DNA of 64,000 nucleotides from Acidobacteriaceae bacterium (GTDB taxonomy: Bacteria; Acidobacteriota; Terriglobia; Terriglobales; Acidobacteriaceae): NCBI GenBank assembly GCA_036378335.1, contig DASUWP010000120.1:1704-65703 (forward strand), read 5' to 3'. A program made the position numbers and the translations under genes. The notes beneath the pieces were generated by a model. That model made no database searches, was not told the DNA's origin, and was given only the letters and a program-made list of their open reading frames with translations. This document shows positions 48,269 through 57,608 of this stretch, in pieces. Each line of letters starts with the position of its first letter. Positions within the stretch are counted from its first letter, which is position 1.

Positions 48269-49762
48269 ATGTCATTCACTCCTGAACGTCCCCGTGTCCG
48301 ATTCGCTCCTTCCCCCACCGGCTACCTGCATGTCGGCGGTGCCCGCACTGCGCTATTCAATTGGCTCTTCGCGCGCCACACCGGCGGCACCCTCATCCTG
48401 CGCATTGAAGATACCGATTTCGAGCGCTCCTCCGAAGCCATGGTCGAGGGCATCCTTGAAGGCATGCGCTGGCTGGGCCTTAACTGGGACGAGGGACCGT
48501 TCTATCAGTCGCAGCGCCTGGACCTCTACAAAGCTACCGCGCAGAAGCTGCTCGACTCCGGGCATGCTTATCCCTGCTTCTGCACCAAAGAAGACCTGGA
48601 GCATCGCCGCAAGATCGCATCCGAAGCTGGCAAGCCTCCCATGTACGATCGGCGCTGCAGCATCATCGCGCCCGAGGATGCTGCCGCACGCCGCTCCGCC
48701 GGAGAGCCGGTCGCCATTCGCTTCCGTGTGCCCGAGGGCGGCGTCACCGCGTTCGACGACGCCGTTGTGGGCCGTGTGGAATTTGCGAACAGTGAGCTTG
48801 AAGATTTCGTTCTCCTGCGTTCGGACGGCATCCCCACCTATCACCTCTCTGTGGTGGCCGACGATCTCGACATGCGGCTCACTCACATTATTCGTGGCGC
48901 AGACCACATCTCGAACACGCCCAAGCAGGTGCTGCAATACCAGGCACTCGGCGCGCCGCTGCCCATCTTTGCGCATGTGCCGCTGATTCTCGGTCCGGAT
49001 AAAACGCGGCTCTCCAAGCGCCACGGCGCCACGTCGGTGACCTCTTACAAAGAGTTGGGCATTATGCCGGAGGCCTTCCGCAACTTCCTCGCATTGCTTG
49101 GCTGGTCGCCCGGCGCCGCGGGAAAAGACGCCGAGGGCCGCGACCGCGAGATCTTCAGCTCCGAAGAGTTGATCACGCTGTTTTCTCTCGAAGGAATATC
49201 GAAATCGAACGCCGTCTTCAACAACGACAAGCTCGCATGGTTCAACACCGAATGGATCCGCCGTTCCACTGCGAGCGAGTTGTTGCCGCTGATTCAAGGC
49301 GAATGGGGTAAGAACGGTTTTATACCCAAGCGCAGCGACGCCGATGTGCTTGCCGCTATTGAGCTCGTCAAGCCGCGAGCCCGTAGCCTTACTGATTTCG
49401 CCAGCTCATTTTGTGCGTATTTCAGCGATGAATACAGCTTCGATCCAGCCGCGGTAACGAAGTTTCTCAAGGACTCCACGACCCGTGACCTGCTGGTCGA
49501 GCTCGGGGGACGCTACGATTCCGCGCCGGAGTTCACCGAGACATCTACCGAACAGTTGCTGCGCGCATTCGCTGACGAGAAGGGAATGAAGCCTGGCGTG
49601 CTCATCAATGGCGCGCGCGTGGCGCTTACCGGCCAGGCCGTCGCGCCCTCGCTCTTCGCAGTGATGCTCGCACTCGGCCGCGAACGGGTGGTGCGGCGCC
49701 TGCAATCCGCCACATCCATTCCTACACCGGCCGCGAGCGCGGAGGCGCCGCAGCCTGCTTGA
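48269..49762 (+). CDS. gltX: Glutamyl-tRNA synthetase
   Basis: RFAPSPTGYLHVGGARTALFNW carries the HIGH motif. LSKRHG is the KMSKS equivalent. Confidence 0.95.
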   Translation: MSFTPERPRVRFAPSPTGYLHVGGARTALFNWLFARHTGGTLILRIEDTDFERSSEAMVEGILEGMRWLGLNWDEGPFYQSQRLDLYKATAQKLLDSGHAYPCFCTKEDLEHRRKIASEAGKPPMYDRRCSIIAPEDAAARRSAGEPVAIRFRVPEGGVTAFDDAVVGRVEFANSELEDFVLLRSDGIPTYHLSVVADDLDMRLTHIIRGADHISNTPKQVLQYQALGAPLPIFAHVPLILGPDKTRLSKRHGATSVTSYKELGIMPEAFRNFLALLGWSPGAAGKDAEGRDREIFSSEELITLFSLEGISKSNAVFNNDKLAWFNTEWIRRSTASELLPLIQGEWGKNGFIPKRSDADVLAAIELVKPRARSLTDFASSFCAYFSDEYSFDPAAVTKFLKDSTTRDLLVELGGRYDSAPEFTETSTEQLLRAFADEKGMKPGVLINGARVALTGQAVAPSLFAVMLALGRERVVRRLQSATSIPTPAASAEAPQPA

Positions 49763-51546
49763 GCGGATCGAATCCAGACGCGCGCGGCGTCTACAGCAGC
49801 CGTCTTGCCGCACTTGAGGCAGAGCGGACACGCCTGCGACATCGGGACAGGCTCTTCGGTTTCAGCAAGCTCGCGTTCGCGATCGCAGCTGTTGTGTGCG
49901 CCATCTGGCTGGCGAGCGCACATCCAGGGCTGCTTGCCTGGGCTCTCGTTCCGGCACTTGTTTTCGCAATCCTGTGGATCGCTCACGAGCGCCTCCTGCG
50001 CGCATCGAACGAATCCGCCCGGCTCGAATCGTTCTATCGCCGCGGCTTGGCGCGCCTTGATGATGCATGGTCAGGGCACGGCGACGCCGGTCACCGCTTT
50101 CTCGATTCCGGACATCTCTACGCCCGCGATCTCGACATCTTCGGCGCCGGCAGCCTCTATGAGCTGATCTCGCAGGCCGCCAGCGCACCTGGCCAGCACA
50201 CACTTTCAGACTGGCTGCTGCATCCCGCCGAGCCGGACGAAATCATCGAGCGCCAGGAGGCCATTCGCGAGCTCACGGCGCGTCTCGATTTGCGCGAACA
50301 ACTTGCCCTCGCCGCTGATGCGATTCATGAAGGCACGCCGGAAACCCTCATTCGGTGGGCTGAGTCACGTGAACGCAGCGTGCCTGACTGGCTGCTCTTC
50401 GTAGCGCCGCCGCTCGCGCTGTTCTGGTTAGCCGGTCTCTTCTATTGGCTCGCCACCAGCAACATTGCCTGGTTAGTGATCTTCAGTGTGATCAACGCTG
50501 CACTCACCACCCGCTTCATCGGAGCCATCAAATGCGCAGCGGTCGACGTCCTGCAAGTATCGCCACTTCTCGGGCCTTTGCATCGCGTGCTCGCGGTCTA
50601 CGAAGCACAGGACTTTCGATCACCGCGCCTCACCGCTCTCACCGCAGCATTGAGCAGCAAGGGGCTCGCGCCATCGCGTGTGATTGCGAAGCTGGAGCGC
50701 AATCTCCACTGGCTTGAATCCAGCGACAACTGGTTTGTGAAGCTGGTGAACCGTTTCGTTTTCTGGACGCCGCTCTGCATGCTCGCCATCGAAGCGTGGC
50801 GACGGCGACATGGCCGCAGCGTGCGCACGTGGCTCTCGAGCATCGGCGACTTCGAAGCACTCAGCTCACTCGCATGCTTCGCGTACGAGCGCCCGGCATG
50901 CTCTTTTCCCGCTCTACGCACCGACAGACCAGCGCTTGATGCGGTCGGCCTCACGCATCCTCTGCTGCCGCCGGCCACCGCGATTCCGAATGACATCTCG
51001 TTCGACACAGCGCATGCGCTCATCATCGTCAGCGGCCCCAACATGGCGGGCAAGAGCACGCTGCTGCGCGCCATCGGTCTGAACGTCGCACTCGCGCAAT
51101 GCGGAGCGCCGGTCTGCTGCAGCAGCTTGACCTTATCGCCACTCGCGGTCGGCGCATCCATCACCGTGCAGGATTCGTTGCAGAGCGGCCTTTCCCGTTT
51201 TTATGCAGAGATCCAGCGGCTCAAGCAAATTACCGATCTCGCCGCGACTCAGCCGACGCTCTTCCTGCTGGATGAATTGCTCTCCGGCACTAATTCGCAC
51301 GATCGCCGCGTCGGCACTGAGGCATTGCTGCGTGGTCTGCTGGCACGCAATGCCATCGGCCTGATCACGACACACGATCTTGCGCTCACCGAGATTGCCG
51401 GCGAGCTCAACGACCGCGCCATCAATATGCACTTCGGCGATCGCTTCAGCGCGGGCGAGCTGCACTTCGACTACAAACTCGCCTCAGGCATCGCCGACAG
51501 CACCAACGCACTGCAGCTCATGCGCGCTGTCGGGCTGGAAGTGTAA
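49759..51546 (+). CDS. MutS-related protein (membrane-anchored, MutS domain V ATPase only)
   Basis: N-terminal and central hydrophobic helices. Walker A is GPNMAGKST, Walker B is LFLLDELLSGTNSHDR, and THD is present. There is no mismatch-binding domain. The TTG start overlaps the gltX stop. Confidence 0.8.
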   Translation: MSGSNPDARGVYSSRLAALEAERTRLRHRDRLFGFSKLAFAIAAVVCAIWLASAHPGLLAWALVPALVFAILWIAHERLLRASNESARLESFYRRGLARLDDAWSGHGDAGHRFLDSGHLYARDLDIFGAGSLYELISQAASAPGQHTLSDWLLHPAEPDEIIERQEAIRELTARLDLREQLALAADAIHEGTPETLIRWAESRERSVPDWLLFVAPPLALFWLAGLFYWLATSNIAWLVIFSVINAALTTRFIGAIKCAAVDVLQVSPLLGPLHRVLAVYEAQDFRSPRLTALTAALSSKGLAPSRVIAKLERNLHWLESSDNWFVKLVNRFVFWTPLCMLAIEAWRRRHGRSVRTWLSSIGDFEALSSLACFAYERPACSFPALRTDRPALDAVGLTHPLLPPATAIPNDISFDTAHALIIVSGPNMAGKSTLLRAIGLNVALAQCGAPVCCSSLTLSPLAVGASITVQDSLQSGLSRFYAEIQRLKQITDLAATQPTLFLLDELLSGTNSHDRRVGTEALLRGLLARNAIGLITTHDLALTEIAGELNDRAINMHFGDRFSAGELHFDYKLASGIADSTNALQLMRAVGLEV

Positions 51547-51560
51547 GCAAGCCTGTTCTC

Positions 51561-53030
51561 CTATCTCGGTGCCGGAGTCGCCGCATCGGCCAGCGCATAC
51601 GCTGTCACCGCCATCACTGCCGCGTTCTCACCCAGCTCCCGCGGATCGACTTTGTCGAAGGTATCCGCCGCCGTATGGTGATAGTTGAAGTAGTAGCGGC
51701 TGTCCTGGATCGGCGCGAAACCAGGAACGCCCTTTTCCGTCACAGAATTGATGTCTTCGCCCGTTTCCGCACTGCGTTCCAACAGCGGCGCGCCGATCGG
51801 CGCCAGCACCTGCGATAGCGGCTTCAACCATTCATCGAGCGCGGCGCCGCCCTGAAAGTAAATTCCGGTCGGATGTCCCGCGCCCAGATCCGATTCGATC
51901 GCCCCGACATGATTCTGGAGATCGCCCGCATAATCCTTCGCATACGTCTGCGCGCCAAACGAGCCCTGCTCTTCGTCCATCCATGCGACGAAACGCACCG
52001 TGCGCTTGGGATGGATTCCGAGCTTCTGCAAGAGATGAATCGCCTGCATCGACACGACAATGCCCGCCCCATCATCGATCGCGCCGGTCGCCAGATCCCA
52101 TGAATCCAGGTGGCCAGAGACGATCACCACCTGTTCCGGATGCTCGGTCCCCTTCCAGTCCGCGATCACATTCGCGGTCTCCACCGGCGCCAGGGTCTCA
52201 GGCGTCAGCGTAAGGTGCATCTGCACTTCGCCCTGCGAGGTCAGGTTCTTCAACAGATCGCCGTCTTCGGCACTTACAGCTGCCGCGGGAATCTTCGGAA
52301 ATCCTGGCGAATAGTACGTCATGCCTGTGTGAGGAAGCCGGTAATCCGCGCCGCCGACCGAGCGCACCAGCGTGGCCACCGCGCCCAGCGAAGCTGCCAC
52401 GCTTGGCGCCGCGGCGCGATAGGCCACCGCTTGGCCGTAAGCCTCATCGCCGCGGCCCTGCGCTGCCAACTCTTTGTCGAAGTGCTCATTGAACAGCAGT
52501 ATCTTTCCTTTCACCGCGTCCTTTGGCAGCGCCTTCAAGGCAGCAAAGGAATCGACGACCACTATCGGCACATCGATGCCGTCCTTCGGCGTAGCGACGC
52601 TGCCGCCCAGTGCCGTCAGCACGATCTTCTGCGTCGTCTTCGGTGTCATACCCGGCCAACTCGTAAGGTCTGCTGTCTCCTGGCCGCGCACCCAGTGCGG
52701 CACGGTCGTCTTCTCGATGGTCACTGTTGCGCCGAGCGCGCGCATTTCATCCGCCACCCACTCCACCGCATGCTGTGCCTGCGCAGATCCGGCAAGCCGC
52801 GGGCCAATGTTGTCAGTCAGGTGGCGCAATTCTGTCAGCGCGTACGGATCGTTCAGTGCCGCGTCGCGCAGCCGTTCCATGTTGGCGATTTGTTCCGGCG
52901 TCCATGTGCCCGGCGACGATTGGAGCAGCCGCGCGATACGCGCTTGCGGTGATTGCGATCCCGGCATCTGGGCACTGATGGGCAGAGCGCTCGCCAGCGC
53001 GAGCGAGAGGACCAGTGGAATGCGAAGCAT
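51561..53030 (-). CDS. Secreted M28-family aminopeptidase with a PA domain
   Basis: Signal peptide present. Motifs are VIVSGHLDSW, DDGAGIV and the WMDEEQG metal-ligand pattern. Confidence 0.85.
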   Translation of the reverse strand: MLRIPLVLSLALASALPISAQMPGSQSPQARIARLLQSSPGTWTPEQIANMERLRDAALNDPYALTELRHLTDNIGPRLAGSAQAQHAVEWVADEMRALGATVTIEKTTVPHWVRGQETADLTSWPGMTPKTTQKIVLTALGGSVATPKDGIDVPIVVVDSFAALKALPKDAVKGKILLFNEHFDKELAAQGRGDEAYGQAVAYRAAAPSVAASLGAVATLVRSVGGADYRLPHTGMTYYSPGFPKIPAAAVSAEDGDLLKNLTSQGEVQMHLTLTPETLAPVETANVIADWKGTEHPEQVVIVSGHLDSWDLATGAIDDGAGIVVSMQAIHLLQKLGIHPKRTVRFVAWMDEEQGSFGAQTYAKDYAGDLQNHVGAIESDLGAGHPTGIYFQGGAALDEWLKPLSQVLAPIGAPLLERSAETGEDINSVTEKGVPGFAPIQDSRYYFNYHHTAADTFDKVDPRELGENAAVMAVTAYALADAATPAPR

Positions 53031-53060
53031 AGCCGGATGCTACCATCCCTCCCGCGCGTA

Positions 53061-53597
53061 CTACTTCGCCAGCAGACTCACGGCAACCGGGATCTTGCGC
53101 GGCGGCATACATGCATTCGCATCACAGGCCTGGTAGCGAAGCGCTCCCTGCAGCAGGTGCCCACCGGGAGCTGCGGTCACATGCGCGCGCAACGTCACAG
53201 CACCCGTATACACGCTCACTTTCTCGTTCGGCGCAAAGGCGAAACTGGTATCCGTCCCCGGGGGGAAATCGACCGCAGAAACATTCACACCATCGCCATC
53301 CACCACCATAAGCTGCGTCGGAATCAGATTCTTCTCATGCGGTGCATGCGAGTTTATGTGGAAGCCGTCCTGGATATGAAAGCGCAACTCCACCACCTGC
53401 GGCTTACGCGCCGCAATCGCGATCTGGTCCGGTCCATCGAAGCGCACCGTTTGCGGCATCTTGCCGCCGGCTTCCGGCGTGTCCTGCCAGGGAAATTTCT
53501 GCGCCGATGCAGAGGTCGCGATAGTGCAGGCGATTACCACCCAGAAAGCAAGGTTGACTCGCCGGCTCGTTAGCCTGCTGATTTGTTTCCGCATCAT
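53061..53597 (-). CDS. DsbD N-terminal-domain-like (thiol:disulfide interchange) periplasmic protein
   Basis: Signal peptide present. The sequence FHINSHAP...PTQL...DFPPG...YTGAVTL...GALRYQACDANACMPP matches the DsbD_N pattern. Confidence 0.65.
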   Translation of the reverse strand: MMRKQISRLTSRRVNLAFWVVIACTIATSASAQKFPWQDTPEAGGKMPQTVRFDGPDQIAIAARKPQVVELRFHIQDGFHINSHAPHEKNLIPTQLMVVDGDGVNVSAVDFPPGTDTSFAFAPNEKVSVYTGAVTLRAHVTAAPGGHLLQGALRYQACDANACMPPRKIPVAVSLLAK

Positions 53598-54208
53598 TGC
53601 CCCGCCGCCAAAGCTTTCTTGATGTTCGCTTCGATCTCGTCGCGCGAGATCAGCCCTGCCGCCTCTTCCACCACCTTGCCATCACGGCCTACGTAGAACG
53701 ATGTGGGCAACACCTCGACTCCGCCATATGCCTTCGAAACCGCGTCATCGCCGAGCAGGACGGGATAGTTCACCCCAATCTTCTTTGCGAACTTGCCAAT
53801 CTCAGAGCGGTCTTTTGCTTCATCCTCATCGACACCCAGAATCTCGAATCCCTGCGGGCCATATTGCTTGTGCAGCTCGACGAACCACGGCATCTCCAGC
53901 TTGCAAGGCACGCACCAGGTCGCCCAGAAGTTGATTAGCACCGCCTTGCCCTTGTACTCCGCGAGAGAGACCTTGCGCCCGTCCTGCGTCTTCAGCGTGA
54001 AGGACGGCGCCTTCTTTCCGCGGAGATTCGGCAAGCCTTCGTCAGAGGCAACATCCTGCTGCACAGTCTGGTTCGACTGGTCCAACAGCGTGACATGCGG
54101 CTGAGCTTTCTGCGCTGCGCGACGGCGCTGCAGGTTTTGATATCCCGACCAGGCCATCAGGCCCAGAGCAACAACCACCACGAGGATGACAATCAGATTG
54201 CGCTTCAA
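53594..54208 (-). CDS. TlpA/ResA-like periplasmic thioredoxin
   Basis: N-terminal TM anchor. The CxxC motif reads NFWATWCVPCKLEMP. A 4-nt overlap with the downstream gene. Confidence 0.9.
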   Translation of the reverse strand: MKRNLIVILVVVVALGLMAWSGYQNLQRRRAAQKAQPHVTLLDQSNQTVQQDVASDEGLPNLRGKKAPSFTLKTQDGRKVSLAEYKGKAVLINFWATWCVPCKLEMPWFVELHKQYGPQGFEILGVDEDEAKDRSEIGKFAKKIGVNYPVLLGDDAVSKAYGGVEVLPTSFYVGRDGKVVEEAAGLISRDEIEANIKKALAAGQ

Positions 54209-54346
54209 AGGTACCTTTCCAGGGGATCCGCCGCTTTCCGGGAACTCCTCATTTTATATGGACGCTCTGCAGATCGAACTCACGGCTACACCACGCGAAA
54301 AAACCGGGCGCTGCTATACTGCCCCGGCGCCTGGAGCGGAACAGCG

Positions 54347-54757
54347 ATGCAGGAATATGAAATCGTCATGCGTAATCCGACTGTAGCGGAGTATTGTGAG
54401 CTCCGCGCCGGGGCGGGCCTTTCTCCGCGCAGTGAAGAGATTGTGCGTGTTGCGCTTGCCAACACGCTTTTCGCGGTTGTCGTCGAACACCGGGGCGCCG
54501 CGGTAGGGATGGGCCGTATCGTTGGCGATGGCGGCACCGTCTTTCAAGTAGCAGATATTGCCGTGCTTCCGGAACACCAGAAACGCGGCCTGGGCAAGCA
54601 GATCCTGGACGCCATCGATACATGGCTTCGCCAGAATGCGCGCCCCGGAGCATTCATCAATCTGTTCGCGGATCGCGATGTCGCACAGCTCTATGCTCGA
54701 TACGGCTTCCGGCCGCGCGATCCAGACGAGCCGGGAATGTGTTACGTAATGGAGTGA
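54347..54757 (+). CDS. GNAT-family N-acetyltransferase
   Basis: VLPEHQKRGLGKQILDAI is the acetyl-CoA motif, and YARYGF is present. The start was moved to the ATG at 54347. Confidence 0.8.
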   Translation: MQEYEIVMRNPTVAEYCELRAGAGLSPRSEEIVRVALANTLFAVVVEHRGAAVGMGRIVGDGGTVFQVADIAVLPEHQKRGLGKQILDAIDTWLRQNARPGAFINLFADRDVAQLYARYGFRPRDPDEPGMCYVME

Positions 54758-54805
54758 ACACGACGGCCATTTCTGGAAAACCGGGCCTGTCATCTCGCGC
54801 CCCGC

Positions 54806-55804
54806 ATGACTGAATCACTCGATCCCGCAAGCACCACGCCTGCAAGCCTGATTCGCACCCAGGCCGAGGGCCTGCTCGCGCTCGCAACGCGGCTAGAAGG
54901 CCCGATGGCAAAGCCCTTTGCCGCTGCCGTGGACCTGGTGCTGCGGTGCGGTGAGACGCGCGGCCGTGTCGTCGTTACCGGCATGGGCAAGAGCGGCATC
55001 ATTGCGCAGAAGATCGCTGCCACGCTCTCTTCCACCGGCACACCGGCACTTTTCCTCCATCCTGCCGAGGCACTCCATGGTGATCTCGGGATGCTGGCCA
55101 AAGGCGATCTCGTAATCGCTCTCTCCGCATCCGGCGAAACCGAGGAGATCCTGCGCCTGCTCGCCACGCTCAAGCGCATCGGCGACGCGCTCATCTCTTT
55201 CTGCTGCACTCTCGACTCGACGCTTGCCCGAGCGAGCGACATTGCGCTCGACTGCTCCGTTCCAAACGAAGCCTGCGGGCTGGGACTTGCGCCGACCGCC
55301 TCGACCACTGCCATGCTCGCGCTGGGCGATGCGCTGGCTATCGCAGTCTCGCTGCGCAAAGGCTTTCGCGCGGAAGATTTCGCCTCGCTGCATCCGGGCG
55401 GCAAACTGGGCAAAAAGCTCGCCTTCGTGCGCGACCTCATGCACACCGGCGATGCCCTGCCTTCCGTATCCGCTTCTACACCCATGAGTCAGGTGATCTA
55501 CGAGATGTCGCGCAAGAAGCTCGGGATCACAACTGTGCTCGACGGTGACACGCGGCTGATCGGCATCATCTCTGACGGCGATCTCCGCCGTCTGCTCGAA
55601 GGCCGCGGTCCCAATGCCCTCACGCTCAATGCGGGCGAAGCCATGAACTCCAGGCCGCAAACCATCGCCCCGGACGAGTTTGCCGCCCGTGGCCTCGCGA
55701 TCATGGAAGAGCGCCGCATTACTTCGCTTGTGGTCACCGACTGCGAGCAGCGCGCCCTCGGCATCCTGCACCTGCACGATCTGTGGGGACTCGAACTGAT
55801 TTAG
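54806..55804 (+). CDS. kdsD: Arabinose-5-phosphate isomerase (KdsD/KpsF; SIS + CBS pair)
   Basis: The SIS motifs are VVVTGMGKSGIIAQKIAATLSSTGTPA...HGDLGM. The C-terminus has tandem CBS domains. Confidence 0.9.
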   Translation: MTESLDPASTTPASLIRTQAEGLLALATRLEGPMAKPFAAAVDLVLRCGETRGRVVVTGMGKSGIIAQKIAATLSSTGTPALFLHPAEALHGDLGMLAKGDLVIALSASGETEEILRLLATLKRIGDALISFCCTLDSTLARASDIALDCSVPNEACGLGLAPTASTTAMLALGDALAIAVSLRKGFRAEDFASLHPGGKLGKKLAFVRDLMHTGDALPSVSASTPMSQVIYEMSRKKLGITTVLDGDTRLIGIISDGDLRRLLEGRGPNALTLNAGEAMNSRPQTIAPDEFAARGLAIMEERRITSLVVTDCEQRALGILHLHDLWGLELI

Positions 55805-55948
55805 CAATGACGGCTAAGAAGCCGGTCAGCGGGCCCTTGCGGCGCAAGCGAGTCGGCAAATCAGCCAGGGGGCACACTTCCCCCCAAAAAACACCTCTGT
55901 CTGATCGGTATTACGCCGACCTCGCATCGCGACAAAGCCTCCTTGTCG

Positions 55949-55980
55949 GACTTGCCGACTTGCTGACTCGCCGACTCGCT
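55949..55980. repeat. Four tandem 8-bp units (GACTYGCY)x4
   Basis: GACTTGCC GACTTGCT GACTCGCC GACTCGCT, read directly from the sequence. It ends about 50 nt upstream of the lipoprotein gene start at 56028. Confidence 0.9.
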
Positions 55981-56027
55981 CTCTTTCTCTCCCACCACCA
56001 ACCGCAGAATTGCACTAGCATGGGGGC

Positions 56028-56966
56028 GTGCTGCGCGCGCGTTCCATCGCCGTCTCCATGGCGGCTCTGTTGATGATCGGCGGGTGCCAGCGCAAGCCTG
56101 CCCCGGTTGAGGCGCCACGTGCCTTCGTGCTGGCCGATGCCCTCGAACACTGGTATGGGCGCTTCGACCCGGTGACGCAAACCGCGCGCGCAAACCTGCC
56201 GGATCAACCCTCGGTCGATCTCGGCGGTTCCTGGTTCGCTCCAAAGGATCCGGTGGATATCGTCGTCATCTTTGACGCGGGCTATCTGCAGGCTGGCCAC
56301 CCACGCCACGTAGTAGTCACCGCGGCTGTCCCCCATCGCAGTGACAAGCCCGGCCGCCCCGGAGACGACCTCTTCAACTGCTTCACATGCCGCCCTGTGA
56401 TCGGCATGGCCGTCTTTACCCGTCGCCTGAACACCTGGCTTCTGGAAGACGAGAATGACGCCGTGGACGTGGCCGGCAGCCGCGGCCTGCCGCCCTCTAT
56501 CAAGCTGGTCACACTAGGCGCGGACGTGCATGGCATTCGGCTGGAGAGCCATACGGAGGCCAGCGACTTTTCCAGCACCACGATGAGCCTGCTGGTGCCC
56601 TGGCAGGAGGATGTCGTACGCGCTTTTACCGGCGAGACCGCCTACAGCAATCGCAACGCCTGCGGTCCAGATAGCCCGCTGCGCGACCCCTGCTATGCCT
56701 GGCAGCGCACGGACACCTTCGCCGCGGTTCCCGGTCAGGATTACGACGATCTTGTCCTGACCGGCAGCGGCACCCAGCCTCCGCCCGATGTCGAGACGCC
56801 GACCAAGGTGGCGCTTGCGAGGCTCACGCGCGGTCAGCGCAAACAGAAGCCCGTGACTCCGGCCATCCCCGTCGCAATTCCCTACACCAGCGTAGAGCGG
56901 CTCCGTTTCCGTGATGGCAAATATCTCCCGCTCCCGGATACCGACGCGACTGTCCCCGCACACTGA
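56028..56966 (+). CDS. Lipoprotein of unknown function
   Basis: GTG start with lipobox LLMIGGC. A long ORF with no recognised motif. Confidence 0.6.
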   Translation: MLRARSIAVSMAALLMIGGCQRKPAPVEAPRAFVLADALEHWYGRFDPVTQTARANLPDQPSVDLGGSWFAPKDPVDIVVIFDAGYLQAGHPRHVVVTAAVPHRSDKPGRPGDDLFNCFTCRPVIGMAVFTRRLNTWLLEDENDAVDVAGSRGLPPSIKLVTLGADVHGIRLESHTEASDFSSTTMSLLVPWQEDVVRAFTGETAYSNRNACGPDSPLRDPCYAWQRTDTFAAVPGQDYDDLVLTGSGTQPPPDVETPTKVALARLTRGQRKQKPVTPAIPVAIPYTSVERLRFRDGKYLPLPDTDATVPAH

Positions 56967-56991
56967 TGGTTCACGAACGCTGAAGAACGGG

Positions 56992-57435
56992 TCAGGGCGC
57001 TCCCGGCGCCACTACAGACAACGTCAGTGTCTGGGTGTGGGTGATGGAGCTCGAAGCCAGGGGATTCCCCGACACTCCGGTCGCTGTCAAGGTCACCGGC
57101 GCGCTGGTGATGGAAGCATTCGTCGCGGCTGTCAATTCAAACGTCTGCGGCGAACCGATGCCCACTGTGGCGGATCCGGGCGCAACTCCGACGGCCGGGG
57201 GGAGGCCGCTCAGCACGAGTGTGATGCTTCCCGAGGAACCATGCACCGCCGTGACCTGGAACTGGATGGGCGTCGTCCCGCCCTGTGTGACGCTGGCGCT
57301 AGCCGTCTGACCGCTCGCCAGCGATAATGCAAAATCGGGCGGCCCATTGTTGCCGCAGGCAGCCAGAGCGAAGAGGAGAGCACAAGCCGCCGCCGTGATC
57401 CACGCATTCCAAAGACTGCGCCGCCGCCCACGCAT
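56992..57435 (-). CDS. Small lipoprotein with an Ig-like/beta-rich Ser/Thr/Gly composition
   Basis: Lipobox LFALAAC. The repetitive beta-strand-like sequence reads [21 protein letters not shown]... Confidence 0.55.
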   Translation of the reverse strand: MRGRRRSLWNAWITAAACALLFALAACGNNGPPDFALSLASGQTASASVTQGGTTPIQFQVTAVHGSSGSITLVLSGLPPAVGVAPGSATVGIGSPQTFELTAATNASITSAPVTLTATGVSGNPLASSSITHTQTLTLSVVAPGAP

Positions 57436-57608
57436 TCGTCCGAGATTCCTCCGCTCGTTTGGCTGCCAATTGGGATGCAGCTTTCCGCCGCTGTGCCCCA
57501 GTCATCATAAGCGCCGCACTTCGAACCATGCAGCCGCGCCTTCGATACACTATCAACACCGCTCGATTCACTCATTCAGAGCCGAAAGAACACGAGATTC
57601 CTATCCGC

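Noticed and set aside
54290-54325. A hairpin plus T6 on the minus strand upstream of the tlpA-like gene
   Set aside because: No minus-strand gene ends upstream of it, so a terminator role makes no sense. The stem is only 5-7 bp. It more likely reflects the A-run and -10-like TATACT of the plus-strand GNAT promoter region.
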